64,000 bases of DNA from positions 138,236 to 202,235 of the IMG/VR virus record IMGVR_UViG_3300029653_000083; one strand, given 5' to 3'. Source of the stretch: a virus. Its lineage: Duplodnaviria > Heunggongvirae > Uroviricota > Caudoviricetes. The notes below the pieces were generated by a model. That model was not told where the DNA came from and searched no databases. It saw nothing but the letters and a program-made list of their open reading frames with translations. Of this stretch, positions 46,053 to 55,176 are shown piece by piece; within the stretch, counting starts at the first letter, position 1; every line of letters begins with the position of its first letter. The translations under genes were made by a program, and so were the position numbers.

Positions 46053-46367
46053 ATGAGCGAGCAGGGTGTCTTCGACGTGTTGACGGCTCTGTACGTGGTT
46101 GCGTTCTTCCTGTTCGTCGTTGGGACGATAGTCTGGACGGGGAACAGAAGACGTGCCCGCAAACATCCCGGCAAAGGGTATGCTCCCCGATGGATTCGCT
46201 TGGGGACGATAGTATGCTCACTGTTGGTCGCCTTGTTGGAAATCTGCCTGTTCATAGGCAAATGGGGTTTCCTTGACGGACTGTCATGCGTATTGTGGAT
46301 TGTGGTGTCGGCGTTGTGGATTGCCGAATACCGTTTGGAAAGAAGCCAAGAAAGGAAGGCGGGCTGA
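46053..46367 (+). CDS. 3-TM membrane protein
   Basis: Hydrophobic segments; ATGA overlap. Confidence 0.7.
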   Translation: MSEQGVFDVLTALYVVAFFLFVVGTIVWTGNRRRARKHPGKGYAPRWIRLGTIVCSLLVALLEICLFIGKWGFLDGLSCVLWIVVSALWIAEYRLERSQERKAG

Positions 46368-46742
46368 ATGCTTCCATTCCGTAGGTTCAAAGACGACGCG
46401 AACGTGCTCGACCAGTGCGTGACGATGATTGAGGACACCATTCACGACATTGAGGAATACGTCAACAAGGACGAGCGTAAGACCGAGTCCTTGACGGAGA
46501 CGCTTTCTTACTTGATGGACGTGTATAGCGAGATGTTGGACGTGTTGGAAGACGATGACATGACCGTGAATCCGCGACTGCACTATCGCATGTATCCAAC
46601 GGTTCGCGCCTATATTCGGGACTCATGCAACCGTTGCCAGTCGGCAGTGGGACGGTTGGCGCAGTTGGCGAGCGTTCAGGGCGAGTTGGATGGCATCGAA
46701 TGTTATGCGAACGGTGAATTGGATTTCGGTGGTGATTTCTGA
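46368..46742 (+). CDS. hypothetical protein
   Basis: 124-aa ORF abutting the upstream stop. Confidence 0.7.
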   Translation: MLPFRRFKDDANVLDQCVTMIEDTIHDIEEYVNKDERKTESLTETLSYLMDVYSEMLDVLEDDDMTVNPRLHYRMYPTVRAYIRDSCNRCQSAVGRLAQLASVQGELDGIECYANGELDFGGDF

Positions 46743-46756
46743 AACAAAATCACCGA

Positions 46757-46778
46757 TGTTATACTGAGATTGTTCACA
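46757..46778 (+). promoter_or_regulatory. conserved promoter/operator motif copy 10 (TGTTATACTGAGATTGTTCACA)
   Basis: Motif match. Confidence 0.8.
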
Positions 46779-46806
46779 TAAAAAGTTTTGGAGGAAGGAA
46801 GACGAT

Positions 46807-47181
46807 ATGGGCGCACCATGCGTCATCGCCATGCGAAACGGCGAAGACTTGTACCGTTGGATATTCAGCCCTTACGACGGGAATATCCAATCCGCGGGAC
46901 GTATGCTTTTCGACCATTACGACACTAGAGAGAAAGTAGAACGATTGCTGGATAACGGCGACATCGACCTGCTTGCCCCCGCCGTCGAGGAATGCGAGCC
47001 GTTAAGCGAACGAAGCCCCTACTATTCCGGCGGGCAAGGTTCCACGGACGAACTTCCGATGTTCGGTGAACTGCACACGTACATCTGGCGCGACGGATAC
47101 GGGTGGGGTTGCAAACCTATGCTGTGGGAGGCTGTAATGCCCTTGAATCTGTTGCTGGGTGTGGAGAACCCTTGGGTCTGA
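46807..47181 (+). CDS. hypothetical phage/plasmid protein
   Basis: RBS; YDG....G.ML.DHY.T.EKV..L...GD pattern. Confidence 0.7.
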   Translation: MGAPCVIAMRNGEDLYRWIFSPYDGNIQSAGRMLFDHYDTREKVERLLDNGDIDLLAPAVEECEPLSERSPYYSGGQGSTDELPMFGELHTYIWRDGYGWGCKPMLWEAVMPLNLLLGVENPWV

Positions 47182-47192
47182 CAGCCAGATTA

Positions 47193-47214
47193 TGCTATAG
47201 TGGGCATGTTCACA
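47193..47214 (+). promoter_or_regulatory. conserved promoter/operator motif copy 11 (TGCTATAGTGGGCATGTTCACA)
   Basis: Motif match. Confidence 0.8.
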
Positions 47215-47234
47215 TATTTTGAAAGGCCAAAAAC

Positions 47235-48212
47235 ATGCTCAATTTCGAATCCGTCAACTGTGACGGCAAGCACATCAATTGGGAGTTCAACACGCCCAAC
47301 GAAGTACATCGATTGTTCTGGTCGGATACCTGTCCACTTCCATCCAATGACGACCCAATCGTTCATGCCGAACTAGACGGCAAACCACTGCCGCAATGCA
47401 AAGCGTTCCTCGACCTTTTACACATGCTTGGATTGGACGAGGAACAATATCCGCCCGAAAAAGGGAAAACCCATAAGCTTATCGCCATCGACTTGGACAA
47501 CACTCTCGTAGACTATACGACAGCGTTCAAGGATTGCATCAGCCAATTACAGAAGAAACCGTTCAACGCTCCCGAACCAACCGACTACGGTTTCGCCTGT
47601 GAAGGCTGGTTCGAAACCCATGCGGAATTCCGTGAATGGCATCATTGGTCGGTGAACGCGGGACTCTATTTACGTGAACACATGTATCCACATGCTATGG
47701 AAGCGTTGGTGAAGCTAATCGGCATGTCGGAAGACAATCGTCTCCTATTCGTCACCTCCCGTGACGACGACCGTGATGATACACGCCGGTGGATGATAGC
47801 CATGAATTTCGACACAAGCCAGAACCATAACCTGTGTCCCCGCCGTAATCCGGACGACCTGCGACGCACGGAAGGTGACGCCGTATTCGCCTCGGACATC
47901 AGGCGAATGGCCGAAAAAGACTGGTATGAGAAAGACCCCATTACCAGCATCGGATACACTTACACGCCGTCACATCGAGATATCCCTTACTGTCATCTCA
48001 AGCAGAAGAACCTGCTCAAAGCCGACCTGTACATTGAGGACAATCCCATAATGTTGGACACTCTCATACGAGAAGGACTCCCCGTCTTGGCGAAACGCCA
48101 CGGCTACAACGTGGAACAGTGCGAACGATTGGAGCATGAGGGCGGTGGAGCTGTGTTCGACTCGTGGAGCGAAGTGCCCGAACTGGTTGACCGGATTTTG
48201 GGAAAGGAATGA
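47235..48212 (+). CDS. HAD-family 5'(3')-deoxyribonucleotidase-like protein with N-terminal extension
   Basis: IAIDLDNTL, FVTSR, K, LYIEDNP, GYN, SWSE. Confidence 0.8.
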   Translation: MLNFESVNCDGKHINWEFNTPNEVHRLFWSDTCPLPSNDDPIVHAELDGKPLPQCKAFLDLLHMLGLDEEQYPPEKGKTHKLIAIDLDNTLVDYTTAFKDCISQLQKKPFNAPEPTDYGFACEGWFETHAEFREWHHWSVNAGLYLREHMYPHAMEALVKLIGMSEDNRLLFVTSRDDDRDDTRRWMIAMNFDTSQNHNLCPRRNPDDLRRTEGDAVFASDIRRMAEKDWYEKDPITSIGYTYTPSHRDIPYCHLKQKNLLKADLYIEDNPIMLDTLIREGLPVLAKRHGYNVEQCERLEHEGGGAVFDSWSEVPELVDRILGKE

Positions 48213-48712
48213 CGTTGAGAAAAAGAAAACCCGTGGTATACGGTTTCAGAGACCCCGCATTAAGCCTACTGCCGTTGGGTGCATGCCCGTACTGTGGAGG
48301 AAAAGTCACGTTCGACTTAGTGCAAGTGACATCCGACTCCAAGCTGTTCTCCCGCCCAGAGGGTTTTATCGTTTGGTGTGTGAAGTGCGAGAACGCGTGC
48401 GACTTGGAGCATTTCGTCAGGCTTCACGGCGAATGGGATAGCCCATACAAGGATGATGCGGTCGGGATACTCCGCGAAGAATGGGCCGGAGCGTGCTCCA
48501 AGTTGAAGAATCTCAAACCCTGCGGTAGATGCGGAGTCAAACCGGTTTGGAGAATTCAACCCGACTCAGCCCGCGTGGAGTGTCCCAAATGTGGCAACGG
48601 ATTCTCGGACGACTCGGAATACTACGAGATAGGACGTCTGGCTCTGAAGTGGACCATGAGCCAGTCCGGACAGGGCGACGCGTACCGTTTGGAATCGATG
48701 CTGAACGGCTGA
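48209..48712 (+). CDS. Lar-like tandem Zn-ribbon protein
   Basis: CPYCG/CVKC and LKPCGRCG/CPKC...W. Confidence 0.6.
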   Translation: MTLRKRKPVVYGFRDPALSLLPLGACPYCGGKVTFDLVQVTSDSKLFSRPEGFIVWCVKCENACDLEHFVRLHGEWDSPYKDDAVGILREEWAGACSKLKNLKPCGRCGVKPVWRIQPDSARVECPKCGNGFSDDSEYYEIGRLALKWTMSQSGQGDAYRLESMLNG

Positions 48713-48742
48713 ATATCCTACTCAAGGGAAAGGACCGGGGGA

Positions 48743-49162
48743 ATGATAGAACAGGACAAGAAGCCCGTCATCAAGGCCGTGGCCTACGAGGTGAGGCATG
48801 AGCCGGAGGATGAATACGATTTCGGATATTCTGAAACCCGCTACCGGCTCGTGAACATGGACACGGGTGAGATTGTGGATGACGCGCAAGGCTACGGGTA
48901 CAAGACCGCCGCCGGGGCGCATCGCGCGTACGGATACAAGAGCATGCCGAAGAGTCGGAAGAGGAAAATCGCTTCCGTCAAGGAACGTGCGCGCCGCTTC
49001 CGCGAGGACAATCCGAGTTTCGTGGACGACTTGGAGTACGGCATGCTGAACGCGTGCAAGGAAGGCGTCGAATACACGTTCGAGGATTTCAAGGAACTGC
49101 TGGACGAGGAGAAGCCTGACTTGAAAGGACTGACGGCGGAGCAGTTGTTTCGATACATCTGA
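48743..49162 (+). CDS. hypothetical protein
   Basis: 139 aa; IVDDAQGYGYKT motif. Confidence 0.75.
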   Translation: MIEQDKKPVIKAVAYEVRHEPEDEYDFGYSETRYRLVNMDTGEIVDDAQGYGYKTAAGAHRAYGYKSMPKSRKRKIASVKERARRFREDNPSFVDDLEYGMLNACKEGVEYTFEDFKELLDEEKPDLKGLTAEQLFRYI

Positions 49163-49235
49163 TTCTTCTTCGATTTTCTATTACGGTTAAATGGGGTGTC
49201 TAAGAATATCTTTTTCAGGCACCCTTTGCTTTTGA

Positions 49236-49277
49236 TTGACTAGCGTCCTCTTTCTTGTTATACTGGTAGTGTCCACA
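49236..49277 (+). promoter_or_regulatory. conserved promoter/operator motif copy 12 with -35 (TTGACT-17 bp-TATACT...GTCCACA)
   Basis: Canonical -35/-10 spacing supports the promoter reading of the motif. Confidence 0.85.
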
Positions 49278-49278
49278 T

Positions 49279-49860
49279 ATGGGCGTGGTTGGCCAACCGC
49301 CAATCCCGCCCCACATCAATTACAACCAGAAGGAAACACCTGCATTGGGTATCGAAATCTACGAACAGGACAAGTACGCAACCCATGTCGTCACCAGCAA
49401 AGGTGAAATCAAATACGAGTGCAGTGCCCGCAACGTGGCCGAAGCCATCGTCAAAGAACACAACAAGCACAACGACGGGGAACCGTGGCATGTCGGTACC
49501 ACCGTCACCTTGGTCAGCGCCAAAAACATCACATGGCGTGCCGAAGCGCTCATCGACTGGGATAAGGTCAAGACCGGCAAGAACACTCCCAACAAGTGTG
49601 TGAAGGTCACTGCTTCGGAAACCCAGACGAACTTGCAGGAAAGCAAGCCGAAGGTCAGCGCCACCTATCTGTTGTCCGACGGTGACAAGCCGGAAAACTA
49701 CATGCGTTGGCATGCCACGGCGTCCGATAAGGATGTAGCCATGGTGTTGGCGAAACAGGCGGCTGTCAAGGCTTTGGAAGCCTATCTTGAGAAGATTGGC
49801 AAGACCGTCAAGACTTCGGTCAAGCCGACCGTAAAGCCGTCCGGGAAGGTTGCTAAATGA
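49279..49860 (+). CDS. hypothetical protein
   Basis: 193 aa; ATG 2 nt after the motif, no RBS. Confidence 0.7.
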   Translation: MGVVGQPPIPPHINYNQKETPALGIEIYEQDKYATHVVTSKGEIKYECSARNVAEAIVKEHNKHNDGEPWHVGTTVTLVSAKNITWRAEALIDWDKVKTGKNTPNKCVKVTASETQTNLQESKPKVSATYLLSDGDKPENYMRWHATASDKDVAMVLAKQAAVKALEAYLEKIGKTVKTSVKPTVKPSGKVAK

Positions 49861-50414
49861 GCGACCGGAACAAAGCTGACGAGAATCCGGATGACGAGTA
49901 TTTGTTGGACGCGCTTCGAGACTTAGACCCCACGCCAATCGAGGAGCTTATCGACAAGTCCAACATGGATGACGGGTCGAAGAAACGGTTCCATGAATCA
50001 CTGCGAGCGCATGACTCCAATATCGCACGGGAACAGTCGGTGAAGATTGCCGTCGGTGAGGCGTTGCGGGAATTGGACAGGTTGAGTGAACGGTTGGATG
50101 AAATCAGCGCGTTGACCGTGTGGGATTCCAGCCGTCCGTTGTCCGATGCTATTCCTTCCGTCGAGGCAATCCGCGTCATCCTCAAGCAGATACGCGGACA
50201 TGACAATGGTTGTGTGGATTCCGATTCTCGAATCCGTTATCGTCTGGTGTGTGATGTGGACGGTGGTGTCCTGCCGTTGCTCGGTCAAATGTCGGACGGG
50301 GCTGATGGGTTGGTGTATCTGAAGAACGTGCTTGACGCTTGCAAGTCTGCCAATATCGAGGGGAATCCGCGTATTCAGTACGCGTATGTGACCGGTTGGA
50401 GGGACTTGAACTGA
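49857..50414 (+). CDS. hypothetical protein
   Basis: 185 aa, ATGA overlap. Confidence 0.7.
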   Translation: MSDRNKADENPDDEYLLDALRDLDPTPIEELIDKSNMDDGSKKRFHESLRAHDSNIAREQSVKIAVGEALRELDRLSERLDEISALTVWDSSRPLSDAIPSVEAIRVILKQIRGHDNGCVDSDSRIRYRLVCDVDGGVLPLLGQMSDGADGLVYLKNVLDACKSANIEGNPRIQYAYVTGWRDLN

Positions 50415-50415
50415 A

Positions 50416-51387
50416 ATGTCCAAGTTCGACAAGACGGCCGTGTATGGGAGGGAGAATCCGTTCATTCCCTCCCCTGAGACCATGGACGCTTTAAAGGACG
50501 CGCTCATCGAGGAGGCGGATGAACGTTCCGACATGCTTATCGGCATGACCACCGCGCCTGATGGGAGGAAGGTTCTTCGCCGTCAGAGCGCGGGACGCAA
50601 CACCGGATGGCGTTCCCTTATCGGCTTGCGTTACCGTATCCAAACCAAGGAGGAGGCCGACGAACTCCGTTTGGATTATCGTCGTTTCTTCGAGGGGTAC
50701 GTGGAGCGAACCGACAGAAGCGAGCGCCGCAACCTGTTGGATTTGGAGCATAAGACCGTGGACGGCACGTACCGTTACACGGTCGAGGGTCTGGTGGCCG
50801 ACTGTGACGAGAGCAGTGTGTCGAACGGGTATGTGTCGCGCCTGTGTCTGATGTTTCCTCATGTGGTGAATTCGGATGGTTCGCAGACGCTTATCGACTC
50901 GCATATTTGGCTTGCCACGTTCGTGAAGAACACTATTATCCGTCCCGACCGTATCGAACCTCATAATGGTTCCGCCGACCGGCTGATGACGATTCGGTTG
51001 GGTGACACGTTGCGTGTGGACGCCGGATTGTGCGCGTACACGGATAAGCGTGGCCGTCACCGTTTCGGCTTGGCGGATTGGACTCCGTTGGACTCGCATT
51101 TGAGGTATCTGCAACTCCGTTCGGATGGTACCACCACTCCGCGTGTGGTCAGCGAGCGCCTGTGTGGGCGTGAGTATGATATCTGCTGGTTGGAGCGGGA
51201 TGGTAGGCCGGGTTTCCGTTCGGTGATGTTGGATGGGTTGAATGCTCGCGTGAAGGCGGGTTGGAGTTCGTATGATTGGCGTCATCGTCCGTTTCTGTCG
51301 GATGGTGATGGGTTCCCGTCCGTTTGTCTTGACCAGTATTTGACGCTTGACCCGTATAAGGGTGAGGCTCACGTGGTGTCCCGGTAG
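50416..51387 (+). CDS. hypothetical protein
   Basis: 323 aa, GGAGG upstream. Confidence 0.75.
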   Translation: MSKFDKTAVYGRENPFIPSPETMDALKDALIEEADERSDMLIGMTTAPDGRKVLRRQSAGRNTGWRSLIGLRYRIQTKEEADELRLDYRRFFEGYVERTDRSERRNLLDLEHKTVDGTYRYTVEGLVADCDESSVSNGYVSRLCLMFPHVVNSDGSQTLIDSHIWLATFVKNTIIRPDRIEPHNGSADRLMTIRLGDTLRVDAGLCAYTDKRGRHRFGLADWTPLDSHLRYLQLRSDGTTTPRVVSERLCGREYDICWLERDGRPGFRSVMLDGLNARVKAGWSSYDWRHRPFLSDGDGFPSVCLDQYLTLDPYKGEAHVVSR

Positions 51388-51406
51388 TTGGATTGAGAGG
51401 ATTTTT

Positions 51407-52051
51407 GTGTTGAGGAATTGTCTTAAAAAGGGTTTCCGTCCGGTGGCCGTGCTGGTTGTGGCGGTTCTGATGTGTTCGCTCGGCGGATGTTCGGATAGTG
51501 AGTCGGGTTGGTTGGAGGGCAGAGCGTTCACCATGAACGCGTATAGCAACACCGGTGAGCTGACGTTGACGAGTCATGCCGAGAAAATCGGGTTGGACGG
51601 CAATGTGACCACCGACTCCCGTTACTACGGCATCGGCACCAATGGTTCGGTTTCCTCCGGCTCGACCGATTCCCTGTCTTCGGTCATTACCGTGACCCTT
51701 GACGGCAGGGAGTTGGATTCCTGTGGGGATACGCTCATCTTCACCGAGGATGGGTTGGAACCGGTCAAGGATTTCGCCGCCGACGCTCTCAAATCTCAGG
51801 ACACGGAGAAGACGACCGGTACCGGTTCAACGTCGCAATTGTTGAACCGGTATAAGGATTCTTTTGCCAAGAAGCATGTCGTGGTCATCAAAAGCCAGAT
51901 GGGAACGCCGATTGAAGTGTTCAACGGTGACACCATCAAATGGGATATAGACGACAATCTGCCTAAAACAACAAGGCTCATGGTCGATGGTAAAACGCTA
52001 TACATTCATCGGGCGAACTTCCAAATCTTGGACAAGGATTCGTTGCAGTGA
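51407..52051 (+). CDS. DUF5052-like lipoprotein
   Basis: Lipobox LGGC; SSVITVTLDG, VVIKSQMG.PI, LPKTT.L..DGK.LYIHRANF. Confidence 0.75.
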   Translation: MLRNCLKKGFRPVAVLVVAVLMCSLGGCSDSESGWLEGRAFTMNAYSNTGELTLTSHAEKIGLDGNVTTDSRYYGIGTNGSVSSGSTDSLSSVITVTLDGRELDSCGDTLIFTEDGLEPVKDFAADALKSQDTEKTTGTGSTSQLLNRYKDSFAKKHVVVIKSQMGTPIEVFNGDTIKWDIDDNLPKTTRLMVDGKTLYIHRANFQILDKDSLQ

Positions 52052-52422
52052 GCCACGATACCGAACCGGAGGAGGTCAAGTTGGTCAGCATCGTAGAGAG
52101 GGAGGCCGAGGAAGCGTATCCCGTCCAATACTGGGATGGTTCCGACATCAAGAAAACGTTCGAGGCCGACAGTGACTATTTGCAGGAAGCCTATATGAAC
52201 GGGCGTCTCCACCCCGCTTGCGGGGAGGAGGTGGAGGCCGTGGCGAAACATCTCATGTGGGCTGACGAAATCCCGCGATGGGAGAAGACCTACGGCGAGG
52301 CTCCCGATGAGGATTTCTTCTGGAAGCGGGCCGAAACGGTCGGCGCACGCGACGGATATCTGACTCTAGCCAAGGAGCTTCTGGAAATCGCGCGGAAGAA
52401 AGTCGAGGAGGGACTACTGTGA
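52048..52422 (+). CDS. hypothetical protein with phage-type EEVEAVAK helical domain
   Basis: GTGA overlap; motif shared with neighbours. Confidence 0.7.
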   Translation: MSHDTEPEEVKLVSIVEREAEEAYPVQYWDGSDIKKTFEADSDYLQEAYMNGRLHPACGEEVEAVAKHLMWADEIPRWEKTYGEAPDEDFFWKRAETVGARDGYLTLAKELLEIARKKVEEGLL

Positions 52423-52504
52423 TTCGACTGGCCGAGACACGGGGAAAACTCATCGCCGTCTACCGTGGAACGGAACCCAATGCGAACGGGCCGGACAATC
52501 CGAT

Positions 52505-52666
52505 ATGCGAGCCGCCATGGTCTTGTACCGATGCGAGAACGATTGGCCCGACGGCAAGCCCGACGACCGTGGACTCCTGTTGCGGTGGAATGGGATGTCC
52601 GAGGATGAGCGCGACGAGTATACGAATCGTGTCCTTCCGGTGTTGGAGGCTTTTCTGGACTACTAG
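52505..52666 (+). CDS. small helical-domain protein (possibly the frameshifted 3' part of a gene starting at 52419)
   Basis: MRAAMVLY...W...SEDERDEY..RVLPVLEAFLDY; stops just before the promoter motif. Confidence 0.5.
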   Translation: MRAAMVLYRCENDWPDGKPDDRGLLLRWNGMSEDERDEYTNRVLPVLEAFLDY

Positions 52667-52676
52667 ACGCAAACTA

Positions 52677-52698
52677 TGCTATAGTGGATGTGTTCACA
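52677..52698 (+). promoter_or_regulatory. conserved promoter/operator motif copy 13 (TGCTATAGTGGATGTGTTCACA)
   Basis: Motif match. Confidence 0.8.
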
Positions 52699-52733
52699 CA
52701 TAAAGAGTTTTCAGGCAAAGAAGGAAATAAACC

Positions 52734-53249
52734 ATGGACACGTCCGCCACCTTGAAGGAACAGATACAGGCTTTGATGGACTCGCTGGCCGACACCGCAC
52801 TATCCGCCGCCGAGTCGCGCCATCAAAGTCAGGCCGGAGAAGCCCACCTGCTGTATGCGCTTTACCGGAACGATGGACTCGTAGGCTCGATGCTCCGGGG
52901 ACACGGGTTGGAATCCTCGGAAATCCGGCTCCTCATGTCCGATATTCCGAACCGTCCATTGAAAATGGGAGAAGACCCGGTATTGTCCGCTTCCAGCCGT
53001 CACATACTGCACGACGCCCACGACGCGGTGGAAGTGTTACGCCAAGTGCAACGTGATAGTCATGTCGAACTCCTGCTCCGCGCCCATGGCATCGAACTGC
53101 CCGAACGTCAACCCACTCGGGAGCAGGTCGAGGCGGCGTCAAGAACCGGCGTCAACCTAGCCCAGACCGTCAGCCCCAACCGTGGACGTCAGGTCGGTGT
53201 GGACTATCTCTCCTACACTCGGCTCATGCTCGAAGCCGCGTTGAACTGA
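52734..53249 (+). CDS. stand-alone Clp N-terminal (Clp_N repeat)-like protein
   Basis: A..R.....EAHLLYALY..DG....ML..HG......R...P.LS...R.IL..A. Confidence 0.6.
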   Translation: MDTSATLKEQIQALMDSLADTALSAAESRHQSQAGEAHLLYALYRNDGLVGSMLRGHGLESSEIRLLMSDIPNRPLKMGEDPVLSASSRHILHDAHDAVEVLRQVQRDSHVELLLRAHGIELPERQPTREQVEAASRTGVNLAQTVSPNRGRQVGVDYLSYTRLMLEAALN

Positions 53250-53274
53250 ACGAAACCAGCCGGAAGGAATACCC

Positions 53275-53661
53275 ATGGAAAACACTGAGATGAAAAACGG
53301 GGAGACGGACGCCGTGGATGCAATCATCGCATGGTTGGACGAGTGGATAGACAGGACGGAAAAGACCATGTCCGCCGGTGAGGACGATTTTTCATGGCTT
53401 GCCGACCGTGAATACCTGCAAGCCTACCGAAACGCCCGCTCGCACATGACAGCCCTGCGCGGCACGGACGAATGCACGGTGCGGCATCTGGCCGAATGGT
53501 GCGGGATTCGTAAGAGGGAGGCGAAGAACAGTCTGCAACGACTGTTGAAATCGAACATCCCGTATGGAGATGATTCCATCACCTGCGCCGATTCGAGAAG
53601 GTTCGCCTACCAACTGATAATCGACCGTTGCGAAGAAGAAGACAAGGAGGTTCGGAAGTGA
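53275..53661 (+). CDS. hypothetical protein
   Basis: 128 aa, AAGGA RBS. Confidence 0.7.
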   Translation: MENTEMKNGETDAVDAIIAWLDEWIDRTEKTMSAGEDDFSWLADREYLQAYRNARSHMTALRGTDECTVRHLAEWCGIRKREAKNSLQRLLKSNIPYGDDSITCADSRRFAYQLIIDRCEEEDKEVRK

Positions 53662-54218
53662 CCAATACGACAATCAGCGACATCGTCCGGTACGCGGACA
53701 AGACCGCCCGCGAACGGAACGTGAAGTGGATGGACACGACCATCCTGCTCAAGTCCCTCCTCTGGTCGGCCAGTGAAGCCTATCGCATTCTCCAACGTGG
53801 CGGACTGGGATATTCGGAAGACAACCCCGACTATCTGGCGAGATTCGACCGAGAGCTGGTGAGATTCGACAACGAACCGTTGGAGGAAGGCGAGAAGCCA
53901 CGGTTCACTCCGGTCGCCTTACGGTTGGTCGAGCATGCGAACAGTCCACTCGCACTGTTGAGGGCGATGCAACACACCGACTGCGAGGGCAATCTGATTC
54001 TCAAAGAACATTGGATATGGCCCCCCGAACATGAGCCGACGGACGAGCAGGTGGAACGCGCCGCCGAAGCCGGATACTTCCTTTCCGCCCGCTCCTACTT
54101 CTCCTACGGAAACCTGAAACCATGGGGCAAGGTGAAGCAAACGTCCAAGGAGAAGTGGCGGGAATGGGCGCGGCTCATGCTCGAAGCCACACTCAACGGA
54201 ACGGAAGAACCATGTTGA
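53658..54218 (+). CDS. second Clp_N-like protein (paralog of 52734)
   Basis: A...A.ER.....T..LL.SLL....A..IL...G...PRFTP; same RLMLEA.LN tail. Confidence 0.6.
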   Translation: MTNTTISDIVRYADKTARERNVKWMDTTILLKSLLWSASEAYRILQRGGLGYSEDNPDYLARFDRELVRFDNEPLEEGEKPRFTPVALRLVEHANSPLALLRAMQHTDCEGNLILKEHWIWPPEHEPTDEQVERAAEAGYFLSARSYFSYGNLKPWGKVKQTSKEKWREWARLMLEATLNGTEEPC

Positions 54219-54814
54219 ACATCAACGGCGTGAATATCGAATACCAGTACGACGGCGCTCACGACGCGCGTCCAACCGAACATACGTTGCACGGCTTGGA
54301 CGGGTTGAATCTGTCAGGCTTGGATTGGATGCGCCTGTCACACGTATGTCGTCTCATGGCCGCACGCGACCGTAAGCCGGAGCGGACGTTCGTACGCGTA
54401 TCCGGTTGGACGGCGGACAGGCCGAACATGAGGCTCATCATGGACGTGATTCAAGACGACGACGGTACGGACAGCGTGCCACTGCCGCTCACATCCGACT
54501 GTCTACTGGTTGATTCCGCCGAATGCGACAACCGATGCCAATACGGATGGTTGAGCGTGCTGGAACAGCTGCCCGAACATGTGGACTACGGTCGGTTGGA
54601 CGAGACCGGCATGCAGGTCGTGGACTGGCTGAACGGCATGGCCGACCCGTCACCGGAAATCTTCGAGGATTGGGAGGCCATCAGCCTTATACGACAGAAC
54701 GTCTATGAGGACGAACCGACCGAACTGGCGGACCTATTGCGTTCCACCACCCGGACGGAACGCGACGAATGCTTCGAAATGCTGGAACAGGTGGAAACGG
54801 GGAGGCCATTGTGA
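54212..54814 (+). CDS. hypothetical protein
   Basis: 200-aa ORF in operon. Confidence 0.7.
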   Translation: MLNINGVNIEYQYDGAHDARPTEHTLHGLDGLNLSGLDWMRLSHVCRLMAARDRKPERTFVRVSGWTADRPNMRLIMDVIQDDDGTDSVPLPLTSDCLLVDSAECDNRCQYGWLSVLEQLPEHVDYGRLDETGMQVVDWLNGMADPSPEIFEDWEAISLIRQNVYEDEPTELADLLRSTTRTERDECFEMLEQVETGRPL

Positions 54815-55176
54815 TGAACGACTGGCTGCGCGTCAAAACCATTGGCGGCGACGACTACGAATGCCGCATGACCATTCTGAAAACGGACGATACGACCATC
54901 ACCGTCACCCGCCCTTGGCATCACCATTGGACGGACGGCTGGGATTGGAAGACCATCATCCGCCAATGGCTGTCCGACGCGCCGGAAACATTCGAACCAT
55001 ACGACGGATTGGCTGAATGGCTCAGCGACGCGGATTCGGAACGTATCGACTGCTGGCAGTGCCTGAGTTGGCTCGCCAACCGACGGCGGTCGGCCGTCGA
55101 ATTCCTATCGGATGAGGAAAAGAAACGGCTTGCGTCCAGATTGGGTTTCGAGCGGATTGCGGGGCAGGAACGTTGA
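54814..55176 (+). CDS. hypothetical protein
   Basis: GGAGG RBS, TGATG overlap. Confidence 0.7.
   Translation: MNDWLRVKTIGGDDYECRMTILKTDDTTITVTRPWHHHWTDGWDWKTIIRQWLSDAPETFEPYDGLAEWLSDADSERIDCWQCLSWLANRRRSAVEFLSDEEKKRLASRLGFERIAGQER

Larger units (their letters stand above)
44268..46056 (+). pseudogene. 59-aa membrane protein gene interrupted by tnpB element 2
   Basis: Removing 44285-45893 restores MLHVLTAVVEFLRCF...EDSSE* in frame. Confidence 0.75.

Noticed and set aside
50491..51552. 353-aa minus-strand ORF
   Set aside because: Antisense to a coupled plus-strand operon
911..52698. 22-bp motif as CRISPR repeat or attC-like site
   Set aside because: Copies are dispersed, degenerate, contain a -10 box, and no integrase or cas gene is in the window; kept as a promoter/operator
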